Of a stretch of 64,000 nucleotides of DNA, positions 12,863-24,255 are shown piece by piece. A program made the translations under genes and the position numbers. Position 1 is the first letter of the stretch. Each line of letters begins with the position of its first letter. Below the pieces are notes generated by a model. That model saw nothing but the letters and a program-made list of their open reading frames with translations, did no database searches and had not been told where the DNA came from. This stretch comes from Scyliorhinus canicula (lineage: Eukaryota), in the NCBI RefSeq assembly GCF_902713615.1, contig NC_052171.1, positions 15,349,952 through 15,413,951 on the forward strand. Reading direction: 5' to 3'.

Positions 12863-13061
12863 AGGAGGACTGAAACCAGTCTTGAGCCGGTGGCGAGGGC
12901 AGGAAGAACAAAAGGGAAGGGGATAAGCCGGAGGAAGGAGAGATGAGACGTCAAGTGGTTTCATGGTACACATACATGCCAGTGGGTTTAATGGGTTCTC
13001 AAACACGCCAATTAAAAGAAAAAAGAAAAAGAGATCAGAACAGGTGGCCAAGAAAGGAATC

Positions 13062-13420
13062 ATTTACACCATACATTTCATGACCTCAGGTCATTGATTT
13101 GAAGTATACCAGTGTTGGAACATCGGCAAATGTGCAGGCCAATTCCCACACAGCAAGATCTCACAAACCGTAGTCAGATAATAACAAGATAATCTGCTCC
13201 AGTATCTTGAGGAATAAGCATTGGCCAAGATACTTGGGAGAGCTTCCCTATTCTTCTTCATAACAGTGGGATGGGATCTTTTTTGTACACCTGAGAGGGG
13301 AGATGCACCATCCCCCCCCTCCCCGTTTCATGCCTCAACAGAGAGACAGCACCTCCGACAGTGCAGCACTCCCTCAGCTCTCCCTCAGTACTGCAACCCA
13401 GATAATGTGCTCAAATTGCT
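13062..13420 (-). mobile_element. Deu-domain SINE (SacSINE1/AmnSINE-like), old
   Basis: Reverse complement of cagtactgagggag...gctgcactgtcggaggtgctgtc and the central domain; related to 44540-44880. Confidence 0.65.
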
Positions 13421-14096
13421 TGGGATAATTTCTGTTGCTCAGCTGACCTTCATCTGAAATGTGCAGCAGTCACCTCCACGGTGACAATTCATTTACCAGA
13501 TCACTCAGGTTGAATTTATGGACCTCATTTCAGTTCCTAGCTGATGTGCATAGTGGCTTTCACACCGTGAATCATAGTGCATGGTTACATTTAAATCACT
13601 AACATTGGTAGACTGCATCACTTCGCCTGTTCGCTTCAGCGTTACAATCATTCTTCATCATTCATAAGCATCGTCTGTAAAGGCACCGAGTAATTTATGA
13701 AATTGAAATTAGCACAGCCGTGAGGAATTGGCGGGTGTTGGGGGTAGTAGGGTCAGGGGTGTATGGTTGGAGTGCGCGCAGTACAAGTTTTGAAGCCGTG
13801 ACTCTGCAAGTTAAGCATGCTTTGCATTGTCAGTGGAAACCTTATTGTTGCTGCTTCTTTGATTGTGGCTACAACTGGGATTGACTGGGGACAGTAATTG
13901 ACAACCTTGAATTTTAATTCATTTCGGCAGCACCTTTCATGACCTTAGAATGGCGGTAAGTGCTCAACAACCATGAAATACCTTTGAAGTCCAGCAACTT
14001 TTGGAATGTAGGAAATGTGACAACCAATTTGTGTGCAGCAAACTCCCACAAGTGACACTTGAACGGTGAGCAGAGGGCGTGGATGACCCACACTAA

Positions 14097-14428
14097 GGGC
14101 AGCAGGGTAGCATGGTGGTTAGCATAAATGCTTCACAGCTCCAGGGTCCCAGGTTCGATTCCCGGCTGGGTCACTGTCTGTGCGGAGTCTGCACGTCCTC
14201 CCCGTGTGTGCGTGGGTTTCCTCCGGGTGCTCCGGTTTCCTCCCACAGTCCAAAGATGTGCGGGTTAGGTGGATTGGCCATGCTAAATTGCCCGTAGTGT
14301 CCTAAAAAGTAATGTTAAGGGGGGTTACGGGTATAGGGTGGATACATGGGTTTGAGTAGGGTGATCATTGCTCGGCACAACATCGAGGGCCAAAGGGCCT
14401 GTTCTGTGCTGTACTGTTCTATGTTCTA
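14097..14428 (+). mobile_element. HE1-like V-SINE, tail type A
   Basis: Full-length, near-identical to 19903 and 28231 copies. Confidence 0.9.
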
Positions 14429-14619
14429 AGTTCCACTGGACCCTTGTCCTCCTTGAGCAACGAGATGGAGCCCTGCCCCACTGTGCGTCTACCATCAACG
14501 CCGCCAACCTATCCTTAAATCTTTTATAAAATTTGTGCTGACTTTCGGAGTAGGCAAATCGGCCAGGTAACTGGAGACAACTCCCCTGCTCTTGAATGAA
14601 ATTAGACCATGGAGCACAG

Positions 14620-15575
14620 ATTGACGATTGGCTGACAAACAAGTTGGCAAAATGGTCTTTTTGCCAGGATGTGATGAATGATGCGCCGTAGGGATCAGTG
14701 CTACAGCCTCAACTTTTTACAATTTATATAAGTGACCGTTGGATTAAGAGACTGAAGGTATGGTTGCTAAGTTTGTTGATGACTCAAAAGATAGGTAGGA
14801 AAATGAATTGTGAAGAGGACAGCATAAGGCTGCAACGGGACATAGGATCAGTGAGTGGGCAAAGAAATGTGGCAAATGGAGCCGAATGTGGGAAAAATGT
14901 GAAATTTTCCATTTTGGCATGACGACTAAAAGAAGGTTATCATCTAAATGGTGAGAGATCACAACTCAATCAGATGCAGAGGGATCTGGGTGGCCTACTG
15001 CATGAATCACAAAATGCAGGTACAGCACGCAATTGGGAAAGCTCATAGAATCATTTGTTGTGAGGGGAATTGACTACAGAAATATGGAAGTTATACTTAC
15101 AGGGCATTTCTGAGACCACACCTGGAATATTGTGTACAGTACTGGTCTCTTTATTTCAGGAAAGATGGGAATGCATTAGAAACAGTTCAGAGTAGCTTTA
15201 CTGGATTAATACCTGGAATGGGTGGTTTGCCTTGTGAGGTTTGCCCTCTGCAGCACTTGACGATGTTTCCTCTTGTGGGAAAATCTGGAACGAGGGGGTA
15301 ATTATTTCCAAATAAGGGTCGCTCATTCACATTCACACAAGATGAGGAGAAATGTTTTCTCTCAGAGACTCATGAGTCCCTGGAATTTCCTCAAAAGGCA
15401 GTGGAACCAGGGTTTTTGAATATTTTTATGGCCGAGCTCAAATAAATTCTTGATTAACAAGGGGATGAGGGGCTATTTGGGAGAGGCGGGAGTGCAGGGT
15501 TGAGGTCAGCCATGATCTTATTAAATGCTGGAGCAGGCTCGAGTGGTCAAGTGGCCACTCCTCCTCTCATATATA
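14620..15575 (+). mobile_element. CR1 LINE RT/3' fragment (degenerate)
   Basis: PQLFTIYISD, aagtttgttgatgac (KFADD-like), CR1 3' end. Confidence 0.85.
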
Positions 15576-15799
15576 TGTTTAAATGATTGTACCATGAGAG
15601 AGCAGGTGTAACTTCAGTTGAACATATCCTCCGAAAGACAGTGCAGCAGCAGCGGGACTTGAACCTACAACCTTTGAACTCATTGGTGAGATCGTGACCC
15701 ACTGAACCATGGCTGATACACATTATTAACTGTCATTAAATCTCTCCGGTTTCCGATCGAATTTTATAAAAGATTTAAGAATAGGCTGAAGTCATCTTT

Positions 15800-17040
15800 C
15801 ATTGGGTGGAGTGGGGTTATTTGATGGTGGTGGTGGAGAAATTTGGGTTTGGGCATGAAGTTTATGGTGTGGGCGGTGTGAGGAGTCGATGGCAAGCGTG
15901 TGCACTAATAAGATGAATTCAGGGTACTTTGCATTGCATCGGGGTATGAGGAAGGGATGCCCCATATCCCCCCTTCTGTTTGCATTGGCCATAGAGCCCT
16001 TAGCCAATGCTTTGAGGAGCTCAGCGTTGTGGAATGGGATAGTGGGGGGAGAGGGGGTTATGGGTGGAAGGGGGGGGGCGCGGTGAAGAATAACGTGCCC
16101 TTATATGCTGATGGCTTGTTGTTGTATATTTCGGAGTCAAGCTCTTCGGTGGGGAGCATAATGGGGTTGTTTAAGCGATTTGGGACGTTTTCAGGATACA
16201 AATTGAATTCAGGGAAAAGTGAGTACTTCTTTGTCTCATCTCTGGGAGCGGGGGTGGGGAGCCACCACAGTGTCTCATTTGAGGGAGGCGGCGCTGACAG
16301 TGGTGGGGTGGGTGGGGGGGTGGTGCAATTGGAGTGGAGGATCGTCTCGGCAATTTATGGGATGGGGGTTCAGCAAAGTGGGAGGAAGAGTTGGGGATGG
16401 CGATAAAGGAAGAATTGTGGTGCGAAGTGCTGCAGAGGGTGAATGCCTCGACTTTGTGCGTGAGTCTGCTGGGGCTGATATGGCTGAAGGTACAGGGCGC
16501 ACCTTATAAGAGCTAGGATGTGTCAGCTGTTCAAAGGGGTGGAGGATGTCTGTGAGCGATGTAGGAGGCACTCTGTGAACCATGTGCATATGTTTTGGTC
16601 CTGCCCAAAGCTGGAAAGGTTTTGGAGGATGGTGCTCAGCACCAATTTTGGGGGCTTTACACGTGGATGTCATGTTCGGGGTGTCAGACCGGCCGGAGCA
16701 GCAGGCGGGAGCGAAGTCAGATGTTTTAGCCTTCACCTCGTTGATCGCTCGCAGGCGGGTCTTGTTGGGGTGGAGGTCAGCTTCACCACCCTGTGCCTCA
16801 GCCTGGCGGGGGACAGTTTGGAGTTTTTCACCCTGGAAAAAGTGAAATTTGCTCTGAGAAGGGGGCGAGTGATGTGTTCTACAATTGTTGGGGTTTGTTT
16901 ATCATGCACTTTCGGGGGTTGGTTACCGTTGACTGCTGAGGGGGTGGTGGGGGGGGGGGAAGGGGGGCGGGGGGGGGGGTTTTGTAAATTGTAAAAACAT
17001 TGAAAATTTGTGGAATAAAGTAATAAAAATTAAAATTAAA
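15800..17040 (+). mobile_element. L1-clade LINE ORF2 remnant, internally deleted
   Basis: FALHRGMRKGCPISPLLFALAIEPLA, YADGLLLY, FGTFSGYKLN, C-terminal CERC...HMFWSCPKL; AATAAA and A-rich tail. Confidence 0.85.
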
Positions 17041-17569
17041 TCTCTCTGGTTCAAGAGGGTACTTACTGCATTTTGCATGTCCCAAAAACGGTCACTTGAG
17101 CTCCCTGTTAAACAAGAATGAGTGAATAAATAATGGCTATCATATAGACCCTTATAAACCCTCAAGATTCCTCCTGTGACGGCTCATCCAACTACCACAG
17201 ACTTCAATCTGGGCTCACTGAGAGAGCTTGGAATGCTGGCTGACGTGCCAATCAATACTCTACACTGCAAAATATTGCCTGGGTCAGGACTTCACAGTGC
17301 CAATGTTCATATGAATATTTTCTCATATAAATTCCTCTTTTTTCATATAAATTCTTCTCAATTCCGCAGAGCCTACTCCTGTTCCCAAATCGCTCCATGT
17401 TGAACAGTAATGAGAACCATTCATGTAAACTTTCCGTGTCTCGAGTGTAATTGATATGTATTCGTTCAGCCACCACCTCTCTCCTACTCTCTTCAACTCT
17501 GTGGCATTTCCCTGTGTTGGGATTTTGTCTTTCATCGAGGATTGAAGAAAAACATTCAGCGACTGTGCA

Positions 17570-17866
17570 ATGCACGGTGGTTATCACAGTTGCTTCACAG
17601 CTCCAGGGCCCCAGGTTCAATTCCGGCTTGGGTCACTGTATGGAGTCTACATGTTCTCCCTGTGTCTGCATGGGTTTCCTCCGGGTGCTCCCGTTTCCTC
17701 CCACAAGTCCCAAAAGGTGTGCTTGTCAGGTGAATTGGACATTCTGAATTCTCCTTCAGTGCACCCGAACAGGCGCCGGAGTGTGGCGACCAGGGGATTT
17801 TCACTGTAACTTCATTGCAGTGTTAATGTAAGCGTACTTGTGACAATGAAGATTGTTATTATTATT
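17570..17866 (+). mobile_element. V-SINE with tail type C
   Basis: tRNA head and V core followed by ggcgccggagtgtggcgac...gtaacttcattgcag...(att)n. Confidence 0.85.
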
Positions 17867-18254
17867 GTTATGGTAGTTAGTTTGCAGTGAGTGTGCATTT
17901 CTGGAGCCTGCACAACTCTTATGTGCGTTGGCTGCAAGGGCAGTGGAGAGTTGGAGGAACTTTAGCTGATGGTCACAACAATGTTATTTGGGCCATTATC
18001 GTTGGTGACTGAACTCACTCTTATGGGTCTGTGGAAAGTGTATGCTGCATGATGTATGCTGAATTTCAGACAGGTGCTGAAAGTCAATTAGGACAATCCT
18101 GTGAGCAAAAAGGCCTCTCTCGCTCTGTGCAAGAGACAGAAAATAGGGTAGCAGGATATTGAGGCTGACATGATGTACAACTGTATTATGTTTCAATATG
18201 AATGATGTATTCGGATGCTGAACTCTAGCTCTGTTCTGACTAACTTGCAGTACT

Positions 18255-18535
18255 GCAGATAATCATTTTCTAAATGGGAAAAGCTCAGAAAATCAGAAGC
18301 GCAAAGAGACTTGGGAGTCCTGGTTCAAGATTGTCTTAAGGTTAACATGCAGGTTCAGTCAGCAGTTAGGGAGGCAAATGCAATGTTATCATTCATGTTG
18401 AGAGGGCTAGAATACAAGAGCAGGGTGTACTAAGGCTGTATAAGGCCCCATTTGGAATATTGTGAGCAGTTTTGGGTCGCGTATCTAAGGAAGGATGTGC
18501 TGGTCTTGGAAAGGGTCCAGAGGAGGTTCATAATA
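18255..18535 (+). mobile_element. CR1 LINE fragment
   Basis: RDLGVLV and LEYCEQFW-type CR1 ORF2 motifs. Confidence 0.75.
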
Positions 18536-18544
18536 ATTTTAAGT

Positions 18545-19606
18545 GACTTCAGTCGCCCCATGTAGAATCCAAATGGGAAGATCATGCAGAATGAATGGTA
18601 GGATGCAAAATAAAAGTTTATTTTAGATACACACAAGACTAACTCCACTCTGAAGAGTCTCCCGCCCTGACCTACACTCAGGCCCGGGTTTTTATACTGT
18701 GTGGGCTCCCCTGGGTAAAGGGGAAGCCCGGCCTTATTACCAAGGAAGTTGGTATTTAGTAGTGGTCATGGGGAACCGGATAGTCCACACCCTGTGACCT
18801 TTATAGGGGTTGTAATACACCCTTATTCAATATTGTCCTCAACACCCCCCCAACGATATAACATACGCAAACCCTGAATAACACCAAATATGTACATTAT
18901 ACATAAAATCCCAAACACATTCCATCAACAACCATAACTGTTCCCCCAGAACCCTTTTAACTGAGTCCAAGACAGTGTTCTTCAGCAAAAGCCTTGGCCC
19001 CCTTTGAAATTTCAAAATAATGGTCTTTCAGTCCGTACGTGACCTGAAGCCTCGCTAGGTACACCGCCCGAAGCTCACTCCAATCTGGTACCACGCTGCT
19101 TTCATCTTGCCCGTCTCGTCGCCAGCTCTACTCCGACGTCCTTATAAATCTGAATGGTATAAATCTCCAATCTCGGGTCCCGATTTTCTTCAGCCCACTT
19201 CAGGAACCTCTCCTTCTCTGGGAAGCTGTGGAAATCTTACCACCTCAGCCCCTGGTGGCTCATTCACCCAAGGCTTCTGTCGTAGAGTTTGGTGGACTCT
19301 ACCCAACCCTGTAGGGGACATCTGACCAACCTACCGCACTCTCTCCTCCCGCAATCAGCTTCTCTACCTTCTCCCGAATCGGGCCAAGCGCCTTGTCAGT
19401 CAATGTTTTTTGAGGGTCTCCATCATCACCTGCCCTTGTGTTTCCCAAACTGCTTCTCAAAATCCGAGAAAGCTATTGTTTGAACATAAAGAGAATTAGA
19501 GTGCACGAGGGTGTTTTATTTAGCTCCTGTTCTGGATTGACACTTCAGTTGATGCGGGGGGGGGGGGTGGTTATAGGGGTCAAGAACTCCCCCCTCTGGT
19601 AATGAC
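18545..19606 (-). mobile_element. Degenerate LTR-retroelement 3' portion (LTR ~18545-18818 plus internal remnant)
   Basis: Minus-strand TG start, TATA and AATAAA; purine tract just inside; no TSD found. Confidence 0.35.
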
Positions 19607-19902
19607 ATTAAAGCCAATCCCCTTTATCCTGCTGTCCCCGTCGGCTCTTTAAGCAAAAGAAGCGATCGCTCCTGGGCCTCTGGCCAGCATCACCTGAAGC
19701 CATCAATAAACTGGTGAACCCAGTTATTTGTTCCATTGCCACTGACTGTGTGGAATGTTGCCCTGTGTGAAACGGCCGCTGAATTGTGCAGCAAGGCGGC
19801 AGTAATTGCATTCTGAGGCCAACGGCGGCACATGACACCTTGCAAGACCTTTCTCAAAGAGTCAAAACGGCGCCAAGTAAATCCTGGCTGGTTCTGAAGT
19901 TA

Positions 19903-20252
19903 GGGCAGCACGGTAGCATGGTGGTTAGCATAAATGCTTCACAGCTCCAGGGTCCCAGGTTCAATTCCCGGCTGGGTCACTGTCTGTGCGGAGCCTGCAC
20001 GTCCTCCCCGTGTGTGCGTGGGTTTCCTCCGGGTGCTCCGGTTTCCTCCCACAGTCCAAAGATTAGGTGGATTAGGTGGATTGGCCATGCTAAATTGCCC
20101 GTCGTGTCCTAAAAAGTAAGGTTAAGGGGGGGGTTGTTAGGTTACGGGTATAGGGTGGATACGTGGGTTTGAGTAGGGAGATCATTGCTCGGCACAACAT
20201 CGAGGGCCGAAGGGCCTGTTCTGTGCTGTACTGTTCTATGTTCTATGTTCTA
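19903..20252 (+). mobile_element. HE1-like V-SINE, tail type A
   Basis: Full-length copy. Confidence 0.9.
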
Positions 20253-22319
20253 AATCAGTTTGTCAGCGATCATTGTTTGCAGCTTCCCACTGCTGAATGC
20301 AGTGAGCTTGGCTCAAAAAGTGAACAAAGGAATGTGCAGAGACTCTGTTAACTTTGCTCCAAGTCCAACTTCACACTGTTAAAATTAAAATCTCATGGTT
20401 TTCAGACAAGGAGATTCAGACGAGACAAATTTTTGCACTGTCTTCTGAGTATATTTTTAGTGAAACTCTTCCCCCTTCATCCTGACATTTGACCTGCCTC
20501 TTGTACTCCGTTTTCTCTTTCCTTTTCTGTATTCTGTGGGAATTTGATGATTTTACATTTGCGGGGGCGGGGGGGGGGGGGGGGGGGGGGTGTTGAAGTG
20601 GGCGGTGTGTATTTAATCACCACTTGCAATAAGAGGCCTCCCAGTACTGTCTGCTTGCCAAGACACACCAAACTGCTGATCTGAGATGCTTTGAGAATAT
20701 CTGTCACTTGACCATGAAGGATGAGGATGGCATGAGACAGGAAACAAAGGGATTGTTTACAACAGAGCATTGACTATTTAAATTCGTATGTCTACACCGG
20801 AGATGTGGAAGGTTAAGAGAGTTGCTTTTAGTCCCAGACATGCATGAAGGTATTCTGTGAGATGAATGTATCATGAGGTCCTTGGTAAATGATTCTCCAT
20901 CACCCCCTTGGTGGTAAGAGTTTGCCAACCAGATCTGCCACACAGTTAGGAACATGGGCTTGGACCATAGTATTTGTCTGGCCTGTATCTGTTTCTGTTA
21001 TGTATTCAAAATTGCACTGTGCATTTTGTCCATTTGAGGCTACCATACACTCATATACCAGCAGAGGGAGTCTGTTGAGAAGAGCTAACAGAGCCTTCAT
21101 GTTTAACAGCTCGTGTAAATCCAACTCTTACTTGTCCCTGGCTGTAACTGTTTCTCATTGATGAACTTCACTGTGCCCTGTAAAATTGAATTGGTGATAA
21201 CTGCAGCCAGCTCGTCACTTGTAACTCAGTTGCGAACATTATTGTTCTTAGTCACAGTCAATGGTTCCTAGCCCACTCCAGTACTTGAGCATAAAAATCT
21301 AGGCTGACAGGCACTGAGGGAGCGTTGGGACTACTGCAAAGTACGTCTGTCCGCCACGACCTCCACCCAACTCCCAGACCACAGGATCACATGATGAGCT
21401 TACACTGCCACCTAGTGGTAAGAAGTTGTGCATAACATTATATACAAACCTGCCTGATGCATATCATCACAGTAGCCAGGGAAAGTTTCAGGGGAGCAAG
21501 GGAAACAGTGGTAATGACCCGGGGTATCCTTCATTTTGACATCCACCTCCCATCTTATGAAGATGATGGTGAGTTCCAAAGCCTGTGTTACCAAGCCAAT
21601 CTTCGTTTCTTCAGACACTTGTGGATCTTTCACCACTCAAGTCATCGAAAGTGCTCCAAGGTCATTCGGAGGAATGGGTAGAAGTCCTCACCTGCTGGAA
21701 CACCACTGCTGGAAGGCCAATCCCAACTCACATATTGAAGAAGTAAACTTCACAAAATGTGTTGGCAAAGGGGATGCACATCACATTTACTGATCTGAAT
21801 CTGGTGGAAATAAAATGCACCAGAACTCTACAGCACGGAAGTGAATCATTTTGTCTGTGCTGGCAGTTTGTTGGAATAATTACAAGGGTCACTTTGTAAC
21901 AAGAATATGTCTTAGCTGCACTATCGTCACTGGATGAACCATGTGAAGGATTGCAGGGCTCAGAGGCTGAGACACAAACGAGTCCTTCACCATCTTTGAG
22001 CCAACCAGTTTGCCGTGGTTAGTGCGATACGGCAGGAGGGTGTTATCACCGCCCACTGGGTGTCAACCAGAATTAAGAGCTTGAGCCATAGCCTCTGCCT
22101 GCCAGGTAGATCTGGAGCAGGGTTTGAACCATGCACCTTCTGCTGCAGTGATGGGAATACCGCTGTTTAGCCAATGGCTCACTCTGGTAGTTTGAGGAGG
22201 ATGAAGAAGGCCACACCATGTTTGTACGTTAACCGGTCGAGGCTGCCTCCTGTACGGCCTTTGTTCCATCTTTGCCCTGGTTCTGAAAAAAGGATTCCAC
22301 CTGAAACCTTAACTTGTCC

Positions 22320-22444
22320 ATCAGGTGAGGAAGGAGCAGTGCTTCGAAAGCTAGTGTTTGAAACAAACCTGTTGGACTTTAACCTGGTTGTTGTAAGACT
22401 TCTTACTGTGCTCACCCCAGTCCCACGCCGGCATCTCCACATCA
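22320..22444 (+). mobile_element. Penelope-like pLTR fragment
   Basis: Matches 24228-24344; possible TSD tgtcc (22315-22319, 22445-22449). Confidence 0.85.
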
Positions 22445-23141
22445 TGTCCTTTTTGAGGCCGGGCTTGGCAAATCGCACTCTGTCTTGTTGTTTTTCTAAA
22501 ATTCCTTTTACGTTTCCCTCCAGTCAGCCTGAGGTACAACCTTTGATTCAACCAATTGATGGCATCATCACAGGATGGTCGAAACACTTGTCAGACTTGA
22601 AGAAGCTCCAGATGAAAGGCATCTGTGTACCAGCGCCCCACACAAACTGAGGTTTGTATATTTTATCCCATAACTATCCATTTCTCCTTCTGAAGTCTCT
22701 TGGACTTCATTTCGAGCCAGTTTGGAGACACTTCGGGTCCAAGGTGGGTTTTGAGTGAGTTAAATTCTCGCTCCAGATATTTGATTGGACTCAGGAATTC
22801 TAACCTAATCTCCTCGAACCTGCTTGCAGGCTTCCTTCAGAACTCACCGGATGGCGAGCAGGGATTGGGTTTCAAGCCGATTTTTCTCTCCCTCGCACTA
22901 AATTGCGACAACCTATCAGTGACTCTGAAATGTTCTTTGAGGTGGCCTGAAAAGCCACACTGGTCCAATTATCCAAGTCACAAAGGCAATTGTGGAAGTA
23001 CCATCAATCGCTGTCCTTGTCAACCATGCCCATCAGGCCAATGGGTGAATAGGAAAAATAAGGCTGTAATGTTCTATGTTCTATTATGGACAGTAAGAAG
23101 TCTTACAACACCAGGTTAAAGTCCAACAGGTTTGTTTCAAA

Positions 23142-23176
23142 CACGAGCTTTCGGAGCACGGCTCCTTCTTCAGGTG
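23142..23176 (-). ncRNA. Minimal hammerhead ribozyme motif (left pLTR arm)
   Basis: Exact reverse complement of 24221-24255. Confidence 0.65.
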
Positions 23177-23321
23177 AATGGAAAGGCTTGTTCCAGAAAT
23201 GTTTATATAGACACAGTCAGAGATGCCCCGGAATGCGAGCACCTGCAGGCAATCAAATCATCAAAGATGCAGAGAGAGAGGTAACTCCAGGTTAAAGAGG
23301 TGTGAATTGTCCCAAGCCAGT

Positions 23322-23876
23322 TCAGTCGGTAGGCCTCTGCAAGTCCAGGCTTGTTGGTGGGGGCCGAATGTAATGCGACATGAATCCCAGATCCCGGTTG
23401 AGTCCGCATTCATGCGTGCGGAACTTAGCTATAAGTTTTTGCTCAGCAATTTTGCGTTGTCGCGTCTCCTGAAGGCCTCCTTGTAGAATGCTGACCCGGA
23501 GATCAGAGGCTGAATGTCCTTGACTGCTGAAGTGTTCCCCAACTGGAAGGGAACAGTCCTGCCTGTTGATAGTCGCACGATGCCCGTTTATTCGTTGTCG
23601 CAGTGTCTGCATGGTCTCGCCAATGTACCACGCTTCGGGACATCCTTTTCTGCAGCGTATGAGGTAGACTACATTGGTCGAGTCGCACGAGGCGCATACT
23701 CGTGCGACTCGACCAATGTAGTCTACCTCATACGCTGCAGAAAAGGATGTCCCGAAGCGTGGTACATTGGCGAGACCATGCAGACACTGCGACAACGAAT
23801 AAACGGGCATCGTGCGACTATCAACAGGCAGGACTGTTCCCTTCCAGTTGGGGAACACTTCAGCAGTCAAGGACAT
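23322..23876 (-). CDS. Penelope GIY-YIG endonuclease domain (184-aa chimeric ORF)
   Basis: NVVYLIRC...WYIGET...LRQRINGH...VGEHF...AEQKLI...GLNRD; first ~60 aa derive from the antisense arm; expression unknown. Confidence 0.6.
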   Translation of the reverse strand: MSLTAEVFPNWKGTVLPVDSRTMPVYSLSQCLHGLANVPRFGTSFSAAYEVDYIGRVARVCASCDSTNVVYLIRCRKGCPEAWYIGETMQTLRQRINGHRATINRQDCSLPVGEHFSSQGHSASDLRVSILQGGLQETRQRKIAEQKLIAKFRTHECGLNRDLGFMSHYIRPPPTSLDLQRPTD

Positions 23877-23954
23877 TCAGCCTCTGATCTCCGGGTCAGC
23901 ATTCTACAAGGAATGCTGACGTTGTCAGGAGACGCGACAACGCAAAATTGCTGA
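23514..23954 (+). pseudogene. Second GIY-YIG copy, frameshifted at ~23903
   Basis: Identical to the minus-strand ORF up to SILQG, then diverges at a net +7 nt replacement. Confidence 0.75.
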
Positions 23955-24220
23955 GCAAAAACTTATAGCTAAGTTCCGCACGCATGAATGCGGACTCAAC
24001 CGGGATCTGGGATTCATGTCGCATTACATTCGGCCCCCACCAACAAGCCTGGACTTGCAGAGGCCTACCGACTGAACTGGCTTGGGACAATTCACACCTC
24101 TTTAACCTGGAGTTACCTCTCTCTCTGCATCTTTGATGATTTGATTGCCTGCAGGTGCTCGCATTCCGGGGCATCTCTGACTGTGTCTATATAAACATTT
24201 CTGGAACAAGCCTTTCCATT

Positions 24221-24255
24221 CACCTGAAGAAGGAGCCGTGCTCCGAAAGCTCGTG
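24221..24255 (+). ncRNA. Minimal type I hammerhead ribozyme motif in pLTR
   Basis: cac-CTGAAGA-a-GGAGC-cgt-GCTCC-GAAA-gc-TC-gtg: CUGANGA and GAAA cores, 5-bp stem II, palindromic AGCT in place of stem III, cac/gtg stem I. Confidence 0.65.

Noticed and set aside
14097-14170. tRNA gene
   Set aside because: The A/B boxes belong to SINE heads; no complete cloverleaf and they continue into the V domain
14112-14297. Recurrent ORFs such as MVVSINASQLQGPRFDSRLGHCLCG... in many places
   Set aside because: They are translations of the HE1-like SINE, not a gene family
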